From contig NC_043001.1 in NCBI RefSeq assembly GCF_006345805.1, positions 102,796,001-102,860,000 of the forward strand: a DNA stretch of 64,000 nucleotides, written 5' to 3'. Shown here piece after piece: positions 1-14,735 of the stretch; the stretch's first letter is position 1, and each line of letters opens with the position of its first letter. The notes beneath the pieces were generated by a model. That model saw only the letters and a program-made list of their open reading frames with translations. It was not told the DNA's origin and did no database searches. A program made the position numbers and the translations under genes. This DNA comes from Octopus sinensis (taxonomy: Eukaryota).

Positions 1-1225
1 TGAGTTCTTACACTCATACTGTTGCATGAACTTCTTCAGTTGAATGGAAAGTATAAGTGAAAAAATAAACATAGTAACAGACACATAGAAAGAAAGATAA
101 ATAGCTGAACACGTAGACAGTAAAAAGAGAGGATGGGGTCCGATGAATTGTTAATACAGCAGGAAAAAAAAAACTGATCCTTTGTCCATCAGAGATAATT
201 TAGATATGCAAGTTCTAAGATGTCTTGGGAGGATGAATTGACTTATAAAGGAGCCAAGCAATAAAATCTACTGACTAATTAGACTTTAATATTCATAACA
301 TCAGACAGATAATGGGAACAGGCAATTAAAAACAAACCACAATTATCCAATAACTGGCTAGAAAAAAAAAGTATAAAAGTTTATTCTAAATCATTTTTCT
401 AAACTTTAATACCCCCCCACACACACACACACATATATTACAAACACACAGATTACACAGTCATTACAGATTTACTTCACACACATTACCAAAATTCCTG
501 ACGCACAACACTATACAAATTAAAATCACACCACACTCATACATACACACCATGCACACATAATATTACACACACTTCCACTAGTAACTTTATTCAAATA
601 CAGTTAGGTCCATAAACATAGCGTTACATTGGTAGATTTATCCAATTTAAAGTTTCGCAATTTCATATAGTTATATTTCATTTTGGTAATTCACTAAGAC
701 AATTTTTACAATGAAATCTCAAGCAAAGATGGAAAGATAGAACTATATTGTTGATTTGACACAGATAAGAGACTGAAATAGTTAAAATGTAAATTTAAGA
801 TGTTATTAAACAGAGAGTTTTAATCAAAACCATACATTGTCAGGACATAAATTCAGTGGACAGCTACTCAAAATATAAGCAGCAAACTTTACCAATATCA
901 AGATGGGCCAATGAATTTGCCTCAACACAATGCTAGACATGCTAGAAATATCAACAAAATCTCCCTCGAATCACTACCATCTTAGACAAAGAGAGGAAGC
1001 ATTAGACAATGTAGACCTTGATATAAAAAAAAAATGGGGTGGTTACAGCCGCAATGTTTCTGATTGTAGGTCTGCTCAATCAGGTCTGACTGAGGCTAAA
1101 CAACCACAATTATGATGTTATGAATGTTGAGAGCAGCGGTTCAAGTTACATGAATAAAATAAAATAATTTTTTGAATTACTTTAAAAATTCTAAATGTGA
1201 ATGAATTACTAGGATTTATGGGATA

Positions 1226-1480
1226 TTCATCATCATCATCATTATTATTTAATGTTCGTTTTTCATGATGGTATGGGTTGGATGGTTTGACAGGAGCTGG
1301 CAAGTCAAAGAGCTGCACTAGGCTCCAATCATCTGTTTGGCATGGTTTCTACAGCTGAATACTTATCCTAATACCAAACACTTTACAGAGAGTACTGAGA
1401 GCTTTTAAGATGCACCAGTACAGGTACTTTTTACAGGGTACCAACACAGGTGCTTTTTATGTTGCGCCAGCATCACATGT
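1226..1480 (-). mobile_element. RTE 3' tail
   Basis: catcatcat...ttaatgttcgtttttcatgatggtatgggttgg. Confidence 0.75.
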
Positions 1481-1994
1481 ACGCATAAATATTGGTTAGC
1501 TGGGGATGTGCTGGACATTTTCGCTTAACAACCCAACTCTAAACAACTGACTTATGACTGAAGATTTTTTAGTTGTAATCATTCAATTTTATGTTTTTCA
1601 GTTTTATATCAAAAACTATATTGTCCACTGTAACATTCTCTTTTTAAGATGGTGTGACTTGAGAGAGATTTGGATACTATTTTAGACAGGTTGTACATCT
1701 CTAAAACTAACAGCAACAACTGTGATGACACCCAAATTGGAGGGCTTTCTGTTTGATAAACATCAATGGTGTAGAAAAAGGAAAGATGCCAACCTGGAAA
1801 CTGCTGATCTTCCTCAAAAAATCTTGCTTTGGCCCATGCATAGACGTGCAGATGCATGACCCCTGTCAATCTGGATTGACAGAGACACCTTCTTCAAACA
1901 GCAATGCAAAATTGTTCTCACTCCTTCCAGAAACCAAAAGATCTGGTCTGCATGGACAGCAGGATTTTGTAGTATATGATTTGTTTCACTAAAC

Positions 1995-2913
1995 CAGGTG
2001 AGGGGAAACTTTTTAATGCAGCAGGCAAAAATTTAGAAAGAGAAAGGTCTGTAGGCAGATCACAAGTTCTAACTCTTATATCTGTGTAGATTTTGTATGT
2101 ATCTTTGTATAATTCGATATACATTAGGAGACCAGGACCTTTAGGGATATGCTGTGATTGAGAAGTCCCTACAGCTAAAGTGAGATCCCAGCCATGCATG
2201 TCCGGACCTGTTAAGAATACACTGGTGTGTCAGGTGGTATGATATGCTTGAGAAGTCCTGCTGAGTCAAGTAAAACCAATATGATAGCTGGGGCCAGTGC
2301 CCCTGACTGGCTCCTATGCTGGTGGCATGTAAAAAGCACCAACCAAATGTGGCTGTCTGACTGGCTCCTGTGCTAGTAGCAGGTAAAAAGCACCCACTAC
2401 ACTCTCAGAGTGGTTGGCGTTAAGAAAGGCATCCAGCTGTAGAAACACTGCCAGATCAAGATTGGAGCCTGGTGCAGCTGCTGGCTCTGCAGACCTCAGT
2501 CAAACCATCCAACCCATGCCAGCATGGAAAACAGACATTAAATGATGATGATGATGTAACATCTTCATTGATGCCACCACTGAATTTAGGACATTTATAC
2601 AACTTATGAGGTTTCTATATTTTTTCAGCGAGAGTGTATTTGGGTTTCAAGGGGGTGGTACAAACTTAGCAATATGTGTTTTATAGTGAAAACAAAATTT
2701 CCACTCAAATGGCAATTACAGGATGATTTTTCTGTTCAAGTACGACTGTTTTAAGTCATTGTGGAAATGCAACCTACGGAGCAAATAGGCATACAAGTAT
2801 TGTATGAATTTTATAATTGAAAAATTTACTATATTTTGTATATCAGCCTGCAGGCAAAATAAAATGGGCTTGCAGGCGCAATTGTGCCCATGGGCAGGGG
2901 TCTCCCAACCCTG
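1995..2913. mobile_element. Non-autonomous hAT element (MITE)
   Basis: Imperfect TIRs CAGGTGAGGGGAAAC / CAGGGTTGGGAGAC. 8-bp TSD cactaaac / tactaaac. Confidence 0.75.
2190..2556 (+). mobile_element. RTE 3' tail nested in a hAT MITE
   Basis: ggtggcatgtaaaaagcacc...ccatgccagcatggaaaacagacattaaatgatgatg. Confidence 0.85.
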
Positions 2914-4858
2914 TACTAAACCAATAGTAAAAAATACACTCTCTCTCATATGCATTTTTAGTGTTTTGGTAAGTAACTGTTTGTATGGCATTGGCAAAAA
3001 ATACTGACTTAGGACTGGATTGAATTCAGATTAAATGCACATGAGGCATATCATCATAAAGTATATCTCACTTTTAACTGTTATACTTTATTTACCATTT
3101 GTTGTCTCAAACCATTTTCCTAATTCAATTCACTAAATATTACCCATTTAGGTTTTCAAGACAAAGCCAGAACACAAGTAAATAACAAGTACGAAGAGCA
3201 GGAGATACTTTGGCAGAGCCATTCTGGTGCCGCTTATTTGGCATATGTTTTGTTTTCAGGACCTTTCAGCATGGTAGAAATTTGGTTTTTGTTCTCGCTG
3301 GCAACTAAGCTGTAATCACATCTACTAGTCTACTAAACTTTATTTAGCTTAGTGTTTCAATTTATGTATATGATGGTTGGTGAAATATTAATAGCACATG
3401 GAGAAGAAAAATTTTCTTACAATGGATTTCTATATATCTTTGACAAAGTAAGCAGAACCGACAGTCAATTTAAATTTTGGCACCTTGAGCAGAAAAATAG
3501 AGAGGGGACATGTTTATAGCAATTGAGGTCATTAAATACATTTAATCAATCGCTCTCTCTCTCTCTCTCCCTCCTTTCCCCTCTCTCCTATCTCATTCTA
3601 TTTCCCTCCAACATTTGTCTTTCTTTGAGTATGTGTGTGTGCGCACACACACACACACACACACACACGTACATGTGTTTGCTTCTAGGGCCAAAATGCA
3701 CTCTCACCAAAACAAGTTCAATGTCCAATCAGCCATGCCAGTATCCAAACAGCCACATGCAAATGTCCCATCCCAAACTACAAAATACTGTCGGATCTTG
3801 AACTTAAGAGATTCCAGACCTACTATTCATATCCCAAGGAGCCACTGTTCCTCTCCGAGCTGTGTATCTATACATGCTTTAAAACCATTACACCAAAGAA
3901 TAGTCGAGTTGCCTAGAATAATTTAGTAATTCTTAATCATACATTCTGCGGATACATACTTTCGCCAGAGAAAAAAAAAATTGCACAAGATTTTTTTAAC
4001 ACAAATCTAAAAATTGAAGAAATCAGTGAATCTGTATACATTTAGAATGGGGAAAAAATCTACTGTTATTAATCAGGAAAAGAATGAGAAGTTGAAAGGT
4101 CATGTGGTTGTCATTTACAGATGGTGGCTACTTAAAGATATTCCAGTGTTTAAGACAGGAAATTGTTGAATATATTAATCTTGTTTTATCTATACAATAT
4201 ACATTGTAAAGTTTTCAACATTTATCAAAGACATTACAAAATATTATATTTTTAGTCATGAAGAAAACCAAATATTTGGTGAGCAGCTCTACAAGTTACT
4301 TTATCAACAGTGTTGCAAGAACATTACTAAGTGCCACTATTCAACAAACAAAAACTATGGTACCATAGAAATGTATAAATAAATAAGAGAAAGAAATCTG
4401 TCTTCTGTCAACATGAGAGCATTTCTTAAATAAATAATTCAATAAATGGAAGAAAATAGATAGATATATCACATAAAAACATTTTCTACAGAAAAAAAAT
4501 ATATTGTGTTTCAAAAGCTGGTTGTTTTGTAATATAATTTGCCATCTACGTAATTTATTTTCTGTATTTCTCTTTCGAAACATTTTGAGTACAAGAGAGA
4601 ATGACCAATAATAGTTCACTCAATCATCATGTTGTCCTGCCTGCTCTAACACATTCAAATGAGGAGCCCCTAACTAATGAAACATCAATTTTATCATCTC
4701 ATAATGCTTCTACTATTCATACACATATTGATTATATGCACTGGGAGGCACTTTTGGGTCTGATGTAGGCAATGTGTTTTTTGTGGGGTCTGGGTGCAAT
4801 AAACAGAAAGGCTGCTTCGGGGAAGCACACACTTTAGCTACACTAGTGATTATATATA

Positions 4859-5020
4859 GGCGCAGGAGTGGCTGTGTGGTAAGTAGCTTGCTTATAAACC
4901 ACATGGTTCTAGGTTCAGTCCCTCTACGTGGCACCTTGGGCAAGTGTCTTCTGCTATAGCCTTGGGCCGACCAAAGCCTTGTAAGTGGATTTGGTAGACA
5001 GAAACTGAAAGAAGCCCATC

Positions 5021-5051
<31 letters not shown>

Positions 5052-5220
5052 CGCGTGTGTGTCTGTGTTTGTCCCCCCCAACATCGCTTGACAATCAATG
5101 CTGGTGTGTTTACGTCCCCATAACTTAGCAGTTTGGTAATAGACACCGATAGAATAAGTACTAGGCTTACAAAGAATAAGTCCTGGGGTCGATTTGATCG
5201 ACTAAAGGCTGTGCTCCAGC
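4859..5220 (+). mobile_element. tRNA-headed SINE, family A, with a central (GT)n
   Basis: ggcgcaggagtggctgtgtggtaag (A-box-like) and ggttcagtcc (B-box-like). About 11 copies in the window. Confidence 0.85.
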
Positions 5221-5943
5221 TGTGGAAGACATGGGATGAAGTGGTGAAACATGACCTTCGAACATAGGGCTTCACAAAGGCAATGACTACTAACCAAGAT
5301 CTCTGGAAATATGCTGTGCTTGAGAAGACCCATCAGCCAAGTGAAATCATAGTCGTGGCTGATGCCGGTGTCACATAACTGGCACCCATGCCTGTGGCAC
5401 ATAAAAAGCATCTTTCGAGCATTGGGCCTCACGGAGGCAATGACAAATGACTGAGACCTTTAGCAATATGCCATGCTTGAAAGGTAGCGAGCCAGCAGAA
5501 TCGTTAGCATGACAGGCAAAATGCTTAGTGGTATTTCGTCTGTCTTTATGTCCTGAGTTCAAATTCTACCAAGGTCGATTTTGCCTGTCATCCTTTCAGG
5601 GTCGATAAATTAAGTACCAGTTTCGTACTGGGGTCAATCTAATTGACTGGCCCTCTCCCCCAAAAATTTCAGGCCTTGTGCCTACAGTAGAAAAGAAAAG
5701 AATATGCCATGCTTGAGTTGAAGACCTATCAAGCCAAGTGAAATTGTAGTCATGCCAGATACTGTGCAAGTGACACATAAAAGCACCTATTATACTCTTG
5801 GAGTGGTTGGCATTAGGAAGGGCATCCAGCTGTAGAAACCATGCTAAATCAGACTGGAATCTGGTGCAGCCCCTCAGCTTCCCAGCCCTAGTCAAACCAA
5901 CCAACCCATACCAGTATGGAAAACGGACATTAAATAATGATCA
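5221..5943 (+). mobile_element. RTE 3' end with a nested SINE-B
   Basis: RTE C-terminal codons plus tail. SINE at 5481-5700 is flanked by the 16-bp TSD aatatgccatgcttga (5465-5480 and 5701-5716). Confidence 0.88.
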
Positions 5944-6726
5944 TTAGAATTAAAGAAGCATCATATTGTTCTTTGCTCAAGTTTCACCAGAATCAAAGTT
6001 GTAATTTTCCAATGAGTAACTTGATCTGGGATTGTACATTGAAACTGAAGCATTTACAACACAGAAGAGCCATTTTAGCCATTTGCAGAACACAAAAACT
6101 TGAAATTCGTTTTTCGTTCATCTGTTGATGGGTTAAAACTGTGATATGGTCACAGTTCCAGTTCATATAAAAAAAAAAAAATGAACAGTAAGTTTGCCAG
6201 TTTGGTGTGTCTTTAAATGGCTAAAATGTTTCTTCCATGATATAACTGCTTCTTATTTTTCACCTTAAATTACTTTCAAATTTTGGCACAAGGCCTGCAA
6301 TTTCAAGGAAGGGAGTTAAGTCAATCACATTGACCCCAGTACTCAACAGGTACTTATTGTATCGAACCCAAAAAGATGAAAAGAAAGTCAAAAGCAAAGT
6401 CAACAACGATAGCATTTGAACTCAGAATGTAAAGTGCCCTAAGAAATGTCATTAAATGTTTTGCTCAGTGTGCTAAGAGTTGTACTAGCTTGCTGCCTTT
6501 TTCTTCTTCAATTACTGATATTTTCTCATGAGAATGACATTTTGGAAACGGTGAATACCAAGACATAATGTAAGCATTCAGTGAATCAAGCCTGATATTT
6601 AGATTGAAACACAAGTTGGTGGAAAAAAAATTTACCTCTTTCATTGCTACATTTCTGATGAGTATCTTCTATCTTTTACTTGTGTTAGTCAGATTATGGC
6701 CATCCTGGGGCACTGCCTTAAAGTAT

Positions 6727-7040
6727 TTTTTGTCAGATGAATTGACCCCAGTACTAGTTGTTTTTAAAGCCTGCTACTTATTCTATTGGTCTCTTTTGCT
6801 GAACTGCTAAGTTATGGGGATGTAAATGCACCAACACCAGTTGCCAAGCAGTGGTGGATCACACACCACACACACACACACACACACAACCAGCTTCTCT
6901 CAGTTTCTACCTACAAATTTCACTCACAAGTCTTTGGTCAGCCCAAGAAGACACTTGCCCAAGGTATCACATAGTGGGACCAAACCCAGAACCATGTGGT
7001 TGGGAAACAAGCTTCCTACCACACTGCCATGCCTCTGCTT
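6727..7040 (-). mobile_element. SINE family A
   Basis: Reverse-complement match to 4859. Confidence 0.8.
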
Positions 7041-7089
7041 GAGTAGATAAGGCCTCTATTTCGTTTTCAATACAACCAAGATTGTCTAA

Positions 7090-7309
7090 CCCTTTAACAT
7101 TCAAACCAGCCACATCTGGCCCAAATATTCTGCCGGTTTTATGTTGAAACCTGTAAGATCAAGCCTCTCACACTTACCCTACAATGTCATTCTAAAAGTA
7201 AACAGCCACATCATTGAAATCCCAAAGCTATGAGATAATCCATGATCACTTGAAACCAATGTGAATGAATAAGCATTACATTTGTCAGAATAAGCTGAAT
7301 GTGAAAGGA
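7090..7309. mobile_element. piggyBac-like MITE
   Basis: TIR CCCTTTAACATTC / GAATGTGAAAGGA with (C)TAA and TTAA flanks. Confidence 0.68.
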
Positions 7310-8170
7310 TTAAGGAGTTTTGCTAAAATACCTACAAACTTTATATAATGATTAATTCAACTCAATCAGCACTGATAATTAGTCAAAGACATCTCAGACA
7401 CAACAATACCATCACTTCTTTTCCTGATATATTATTTATACAACAGCATTATTCTAAAGTGATTTTTCCTTCCAGCACAGACAGAAAGAATATTTGACCA
7501 TTATTTCTAGTAGGTGAAACAGTCATGTAAAGCTACTCGTGTTGCTTTTATTATATATTGGTAAAATATTCTAGCATTGACCAACATGAAATCTCACATT
7601 GTTCATGTCATGAGATTATGATCCAGATTTTAATTTAAATATGAACATGTTCAATCTTGAACAAGTTGCTATTAATATAATTAAACATTAAAATTTGTTT
7701 TTATCTCTCCTATAATACTAAAAATCAACATTATTAATAGTATCATTATTGTGATTAACGATTTCATCCTTTTGAGTATGATAACATGTGCACAGAAGCT
7801 AATTTAATGAGTCATTCCCCTCCCCTAGAAATTTAAAGCCCTGCGTCAATCTAAGAAATTATTATAGGATTTCATTATATTACTTTATCGCTGTGTAGCT
7901 TGCAGTGGTGTAGAGAGGAAGACAAGCTTAAAAAGTCAATTAAACATAAATTATACATAATAACTGAAGTGTACTAGGGACAAAAGCAAGAGTATTGGAA
8001 GGAATACTAATCCGTCCCCTCGTTATAACTGAGGCTGAATGCCTCAAAAGTTACAACTACCACAGCCACTGCCATCACCACAATCACTTCTTCCTGCACC
8101 ATTAGTATCACATTTTCAACAGATTCAGTTGGGTTTCTTATGCACCTCATTAACATTATTAGCATTAGAG

Positions 8171-8391
8171 AAGGTGATAAGCTGGCAGAATCGTTAGCAT
8201 GCCAGATGAAAGGTGCAGTGGAATTTCATCCATCTTTTAGTTCCGAGTTCAAATCCCACAGAGGTCAACATTGCCTTTCAGGGTTCACGAAATAGGTACC
8301 AGTTGAGCACTGGGGTCGGTGTAGTTGACAGAGCTCCTGTTACCGCAAAATTGCTCGCCTTGTACAAAAGTCTGAAATCATTATAATCATT
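8171..8391 (+). mobile_element. SINE family B with an (ATT)n tail
   Basis: Match to 5481 and 14090. Confidence 0.75.
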
Positions 8392-8927
8392 TTTATTATT
8401 ATTATTAATATTGATATTATTAATCATTACTATTACTATTATTAGAAAATATCATCATCATCATCATTGTTGTTGTTGTTGTTGTTGTTTTGGTGGTGCA
8501 AGAAGCTTTCAATATGACAAAAGTGATGAAGCAAACATGCCACCACTACCACCACCACCACCACCCACCTATATATTCCTGTGAAATCGATAACTTTAAC
8601 TGCTGTCATCGAAGTTGATATGGTGAAAGGTAGGTCAAAAGTTGCTGAAATGAGTACAAACAAGTGTGTAGTGTGTACAAGAAATGCAAAATAGCCCTAG
8701 CCAAACTCCTCACAAAAAAAAGGTTAAAATTCTTTCAACCTTCTTCCCACACACTCTGCTGAGGTTCATTGCACTTGTGTGGTATATATCCCTTTTCCCT
8801 GAGTTGGTATTCAATGCCTGATCCTAGGCAGCAATGATTAGGCTTTCAGTCTTCTTTTTAAGGTTACATTTACTGAACCACCTCCATGATGTTTCTTGGT
8901 CTTTTAAGCTGTTAGTTTCATGTTGGA

Positions 8928-9469
8928 ACTGACCATGTAAGCTTATAACGATGAGGCAATGGGTCATACACAATGTTTCAAGTGGCACAGGCAATGCAAA
9001 AGTAGAAGAACGTCCCTAGAGGTGATGAGTGATCTGGAAGACCTACCACGAGCGTCACAGCCACAAATGTGGAGAAAATCCCTCAGCTTGTGCATGAGTA
9101 TCGTTAGAGGACAATCACCAACACCGCTGATGTTGTTGGTGTGTTGTATGGGTCCAATAACAATTAAAGTCTTCACAACAACAATGCACCCGTCACCAAG
9201 CTCTCCTCACTCATGAGTTTCACACCAAAGACAACATAGTATCGCTTCTACACCCACCCTATTCACCAGATTTAGCATCTGCAGACTTCCCTCTCTTCCC
9301 CAAGATGAAAATGCAGCTCAAAGGTCACCATTTTAACACTGTTGGTGCAATCAAGAGAAAATCGTAGAAGGTCCTTGACTCACTTGAGGAAAATGACTTC
9401 TAGGCCAGATTCCAAAAGTGGCAGGAATGCTGGGACCGGTGCATTGCTACGCAAGGTGACTATTTCTGA
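8928..9469 (+). pseudogene. Internally deleted mariner (DD34D) transposase remnant
   Basis: AYNDEAMGHTQCFKWH (HTH), LHNNNAP, HPPYSPDLASADF and FQKWQECWDRCIATQGDYF. Stops and frameshifts present. Confidence 0.88.
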
Positions 9470-9714
9470 GATTGTGGGTTCGATTCCCAGACCAGGCATT
9501 GCATTGTGCTCTTGAGCAAAGCACTTCATTTAACGTTGCTCTGCGATCATTTCAACATCTGACATTTCTAACCTTCATATGTCATCTAAAGACAGGAGGG
9601 TCCATCATCATATTTATATACTTCCTTTTTTTTTGTCATCTCATTATTTGTAGATAAATTCCCCTTATTCTTTGACCTGATGGAAAACAAAAAAAAATTC
9701 CAAGTTGTTGCTGT

Positions 9715-9752
<38 letters not shown>

Positions 9753-9789
9753 CTGTTGCTGTTGTTATTATTATTATTATTATTATTAA

Positions 9790-10260
9790 GAAGGTAGCGA
9801 ACTGACAAAACCGATAGCATACCAGACAAAATGCTTAGCAGCATTTCATTCATCTTTACGTTCTGAGTTCAAATTCCACCAAGGCCAACTTGGATTTTCA
9901 TTCTTTCAGGATCGATAAAATAAGTACCAGTTGAGTATTGGGGTTGATGAAATCAACTTAACCCCCACCACAAACAAACACACACGCACAAATTGCTGGT
10001 ATTGTGCCAAAGTTTGAAACCATTATTATTATTATTATTAAGGCCGCAAGCTGTCAGAATGGTTAGCACACCAGACAAATTGCTTAGAAGTATTTCCTCT
10101 GTCCTTACATTCCAAGTTCAGATTCTGCCTCTCATCTTTTGCATTTCATCCTTTTGGGATCGATTAAAATATGTCTGAGCTGAGCACTGGGGTTGATGTA
10201 ATCAACTTACCTGCTTCCCTCAAAATTACTGGCCATGTGTCAAAATTTGAAACAGCTGTT
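9790..10260 (+). mobile_element. Two head-to-tail SINE-B copies
   Basis: 9790-10018 and 10040-10257, joined by (ATT)n. Confidence 0.8.
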
Positions 10261-13200
10261 GTTGTTGTTGCTATCATTGTTAGCATCATCATCATCATCA
10301 TTGTTGTCATTATTATTATTATTATTATTATCATCATCATCATCGTCGTTATTATTATTCCAATTATTTGATTGCTGCAACTGTATTAATCACTTTAATG
10401 TTGCAGTAGTAATGATAATAACAAATCAGTACATGGCTCATTGCCAACTAACATAACTAATCCACCATAAAACAAACAAGCAGATGGAATTACCAACCAT
10501 TAAAATTGTTCAAAGACCAGATTTTAAAGCAACCAAGAACAAAAGATAAAAAAAAAATTAACCAACTTTTCACTTAAATCTCTTCACTTTTGATAAACTG
10601 ACAAAGAATAAAAACTGTGTGTGTATAATATTACTCTCTAAATTGCTTGATAACATTAAACGCACACTTTATAATTTGGTTTCAGAATAGTATACACAAA
10701 AGCATACATGGTTGAAGAACACACATATACAATGTGAAACATAATATAAAGACTATTTTAAATCAACAGCAGAGACTATAAGAGATCAATATAAACAACA
10801 TACATATGCATAAAATGCAAACACACCAACTGAAAAATTACAAGTAAAGTTAACGTGGTTATTTTTTTAGATGGAAGAGCAAGTTTTTTGTCACAAAAAT
10901 ACATAATGGGAATCGGGAGATATACTCATTGGTATTCATATTAGTATATTACTATTACTTACTTTAATGACCCAGAAAGACATCAAACCTGGTGGAACAA
11001 ATTCAGAACACTGAATTATATACCATAAAAGCAACTAACCTGGATCACAGTCATTTGCACAAGCTTCTCCACTTTAACGATAATGAAAAATATTTGTAAA
11101 CATATGCAAATAGGAGCACAATTGAGAGCATTTTAACTTCAATAGAATATCCTACTTTATTACCAAATATATACAGTGCCACTTAAAAGTATTAACAGTT
11201 TCCGAATAAGGTAAAAGTAATAATAGTGGTTGCCCTATAAGTTCAATGACCTGTAAATATGGTAAACAGCAACAAAATTTACAAATATTTGGTGAGGTGT
11301 TTATCTTTGTGTTTATAGCATTTCATATTCACTGAGGAACAGAACTGTCCAGCTAAAAAAATTAATACATTCTGAAAGAAATTAAATGAATGTCGTACAG
11401 AGTTAACAACTGCTGGGGAGTCTGATTTCAAAGATCCTCTTTGATCGAATTCCAGAGTTTTTTTTTTTTTTTTTTTTGTAACAATATTTACATTGAGAGT
11501 GTGAAGAGGTCATGTTATAATAAGAATATCATTTTCCTATATGTGTTCATATACAACAAGGAGAGGATATATTATTGCATTCTTATCCTGAAACTTTTGC
11601 ATTTTATCATGCTCTGATCCTAAATACTATAATTAGTGATATGGCTCTATATCATAAAAAATTTCTTAGATGAAGTAGGACAGAATTAGGGTATATATTT
11701 TCTACACAAACACAGAAGAACTACCATTAATTGCAACCTGACTTTCATTAGAAAACACTGTAATTTTTCTATAGTTTTTTCTTTAGACTGTATGCCAGAG
11801 CGTTTTTTTTTTTCTCCTGTTTATGCTGAAAACCACTATTTGCTTCTCACTACACCATCTTTAAAAGATTTGTTTCTTTTTTCTTTTAAACATGGGTAGG
11901 CATTCTTGAACTATTTTAGGATGTACTTAATGGGATATCTATTTTCATTAAATTCATTTATGCCACTAAATGACATTCCTCTATTCCATTTCCACCACAT
12001 CTAATAAACAAGCTACCAACCCCTGTTGGACAACTGCCTTGTTCCCTTATTTTCATACTATCCACTGGCAAAAAAAAAAAAAAAAAGGTCTTCTAAACAT
12101 ATCTGATTATAGATTCACGAATGACAATTTGACCATGTTGCATTTCCTATTTCAAATAGTACAATCAGTTTTCATTTTACCTAACTCACCAATTCATTTG
12201 ATTTTCTATACATCCACACTTCACAGTTTCATTACATTTCACGATAGCTGAGCAGACAATAACATGCATGCATCTGTATAACATATGGTTTAAGTAAATT
12301 ATGGAGAAAATTTCAGAAGGAAATTTATAGCGTTTAGGAATTACTGCCTTTCTAATGGTCAGAAGAAGAAAATGGAAGACATTGAAAAAAAAGTGAACGC
12401 AAAAAGAAAAAAAAGGAGAGAATGATAGAAAGAGAATGGAAATGTGATCAATCAAGTGAATAAGGGAACAAGAGAAAGCATGAAAGAAAGAAAAAGACAA
12501 ATTGTAAATTAGTGAATAAAAAAGAAATATGTGGTAAATAATATTGGTGAGGAAGATGGGAGAGAGAGATTACAATCATTGTAAACACTCACATGAACGC
12601 ATACACACCAATGACCCTGTGCCCATGAACAGAAAATAATACAGCAAAGCTTTAAATTAAATCAACAACAGGATATTTAGAGCTGACAGAATTTTTCTCC
12701 AATACATGCAGGCCATTTTATCAAATTACCTCAGAGGAAAATGATTAGAAAAATAATTAAAAGTAGTTGTTATTGTTGTTAAAGTCATTGCAGCTTGGTT
12801 TTATGAAAAGGTGGGTTTTTTTTTTCTTTCTTTTCGTTTCTGTGTAAGAAATAAAATTGTTTTAAAGAAAAAAGCAAACAAAAACTGAATATAAAATGCA
12901 GCAAAGACAGTGAAAGAAAGCAATAAGATGGTCCCATATAAAGTGTGTCTACTAAACAAAAATTGTCAATTTACATTACACTGATCTAATGTTCGTCTCA
13001 CAGCTCATTAAAAACAAACTGAAATGGTCATTAAATGATGAGAAATTTACTTTCAGTCATGTTTTCTTTTGCTTTTTAGAAATTAAATCTTCAAGGACAG
13101 TTCTTATATAAAATAAAAAAAGAAAAAGTTGGTTAGACTTTCCAAGAGAGAAATATTTGGAAGACTAACAAACAACGTAAAATTTGTCAAACATATTTTT

Positions 13201-14089
13201 CCATGTACAAGAATGTGACAGTTTCCATATATTTGCTCTAATTTTACTTGCATGTCAATTAGTTAAAGAAAACTGCTACAAACATATGATTTTAGTTCAT
13301 TTCAACCCAAATGTCACACCATACCAGAAGCTTTCTTTTTACTGTACAGTTGAACTGCATTGACTACCTACATATTACATTGGTTTTTATCTGTACTTCT
13401 GAATGTTACATAATGCAGTAATAACTAAAACAGTTGACTCCAAGCTGATGTTTCATCATGAAGAACCTCCATCAACAATCGGGATAGTAAATGATCTGGG
13501 TTGGAAATTGAAATGAATGCTATTATTGCCTGCCCAAATGAAGCATACAAACTAGTGGTATTTTCTTTTTCAATTCTAAACGGTGATTAAATGTCATCAG
13601 TTTCAGTTGGGTGATTATGTTATGCAAATGGTGGATCTTTGTTTGCCAAGACAACCATTTTACTGACAGCTGAATGAAGGATAGTACATGAAGCAAAGGA
13701 AAGCAGTTCAAAAACATACTTAAAGGAAATTTGAAAACCCAATGTAAGATCAATGTGTATGTATGAGTGGAAATTACATGTAAATAACTGATACAAGTGC
13801 AGATAGATCGTTTATAATAGAGCCTTATACTTCAAACACAGCATGAACCGAACATCCCAATGATAAACATAGTGGAGAAAATAGCACAAAGTAACCAAAA
13901 CTCCATCACTTGTTTCACAGATCCAATCCACAACCAGACTTGTGGATCACATATTAGACTAGCCACATGTGAATCCATAAAATTTAAATCTTGAAGACAA
14001 TTATCCTTGACCCTAAGGGATTGTCACAACAAGCAATGCAAGGAAGTAAATGACCACAACAACCATATCAGAATGGTAGACTTGGTTTA

Positions 14090-14321
14090 AGGCGGCGATC
14101 TGGCAGAAACGTTAGCACGCCGGGTGAAATGCGTAGCCGTATTTCGTCTGCCGCTACATTCTGAGTTCAAATTCCGCCGAGGTCGACTTTGCCTTTAATC
14201 CTTTCGGGGTCGATGAATTAAGTACCGTTTACACACTGGGGTCGATATAATCGACTTAATCCGTTTGTCTGTCCTTGTTTGTCCCCTCTGTGTTTAGCCC
14301 CTTGTGGGTAGTAAAGAAATA
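14090..14321 (+). mobile_element. SINE family B
   Basis: ggcggcgatctggcagaaacgttagc and gagttcaaattcc (B-box). 15-bp TSD ggtagacttggttta at 14075-14089 and 14322-14336. Confidence 0.9.
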
Positions 14322-14735
14322 GGTAGACTTGGTTTACCGACATTTTACCATTTCATTCATATACCCAACAGATACATCAACTCAAGCTTAAAAAGCTTTC
14401 CCATACTTACAGATTAACATGAACCACAGTTAGTTCAATCAGTAACATACAGTCACCACTTTATTTCTATAAATTACTACATACAAACTATCAACAATTC
14501 TTTGTATTCATTCATTTTCATAGACTGAGCCATTTGCTTAAGGATCACCAATATTTTAGCTTTGTTACTGGAAAATGATTAAATTTAATTACCAATATCA
14601 ACATTTTTAATTCTGGTTTACTAGCATCAAGAACAACACTGGAACCCAGTTCAAACATACACATCACAACAACTTGTACATCATTATGGCTAACCTCCAT
14701 TACAATTGTAGTGATTCATGAAAAACTTGCAATTA

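Noticed and set aside
4859-4935. tRNA genes at SINE heads
   Set aside because: A/B-box-like motifs only. No complete cloverleaf, and each continues into a SINE body.
9665-10456. Poly-N/S/I/L ORFs
   Set aside because: Trinucleotide tails of SINEs.
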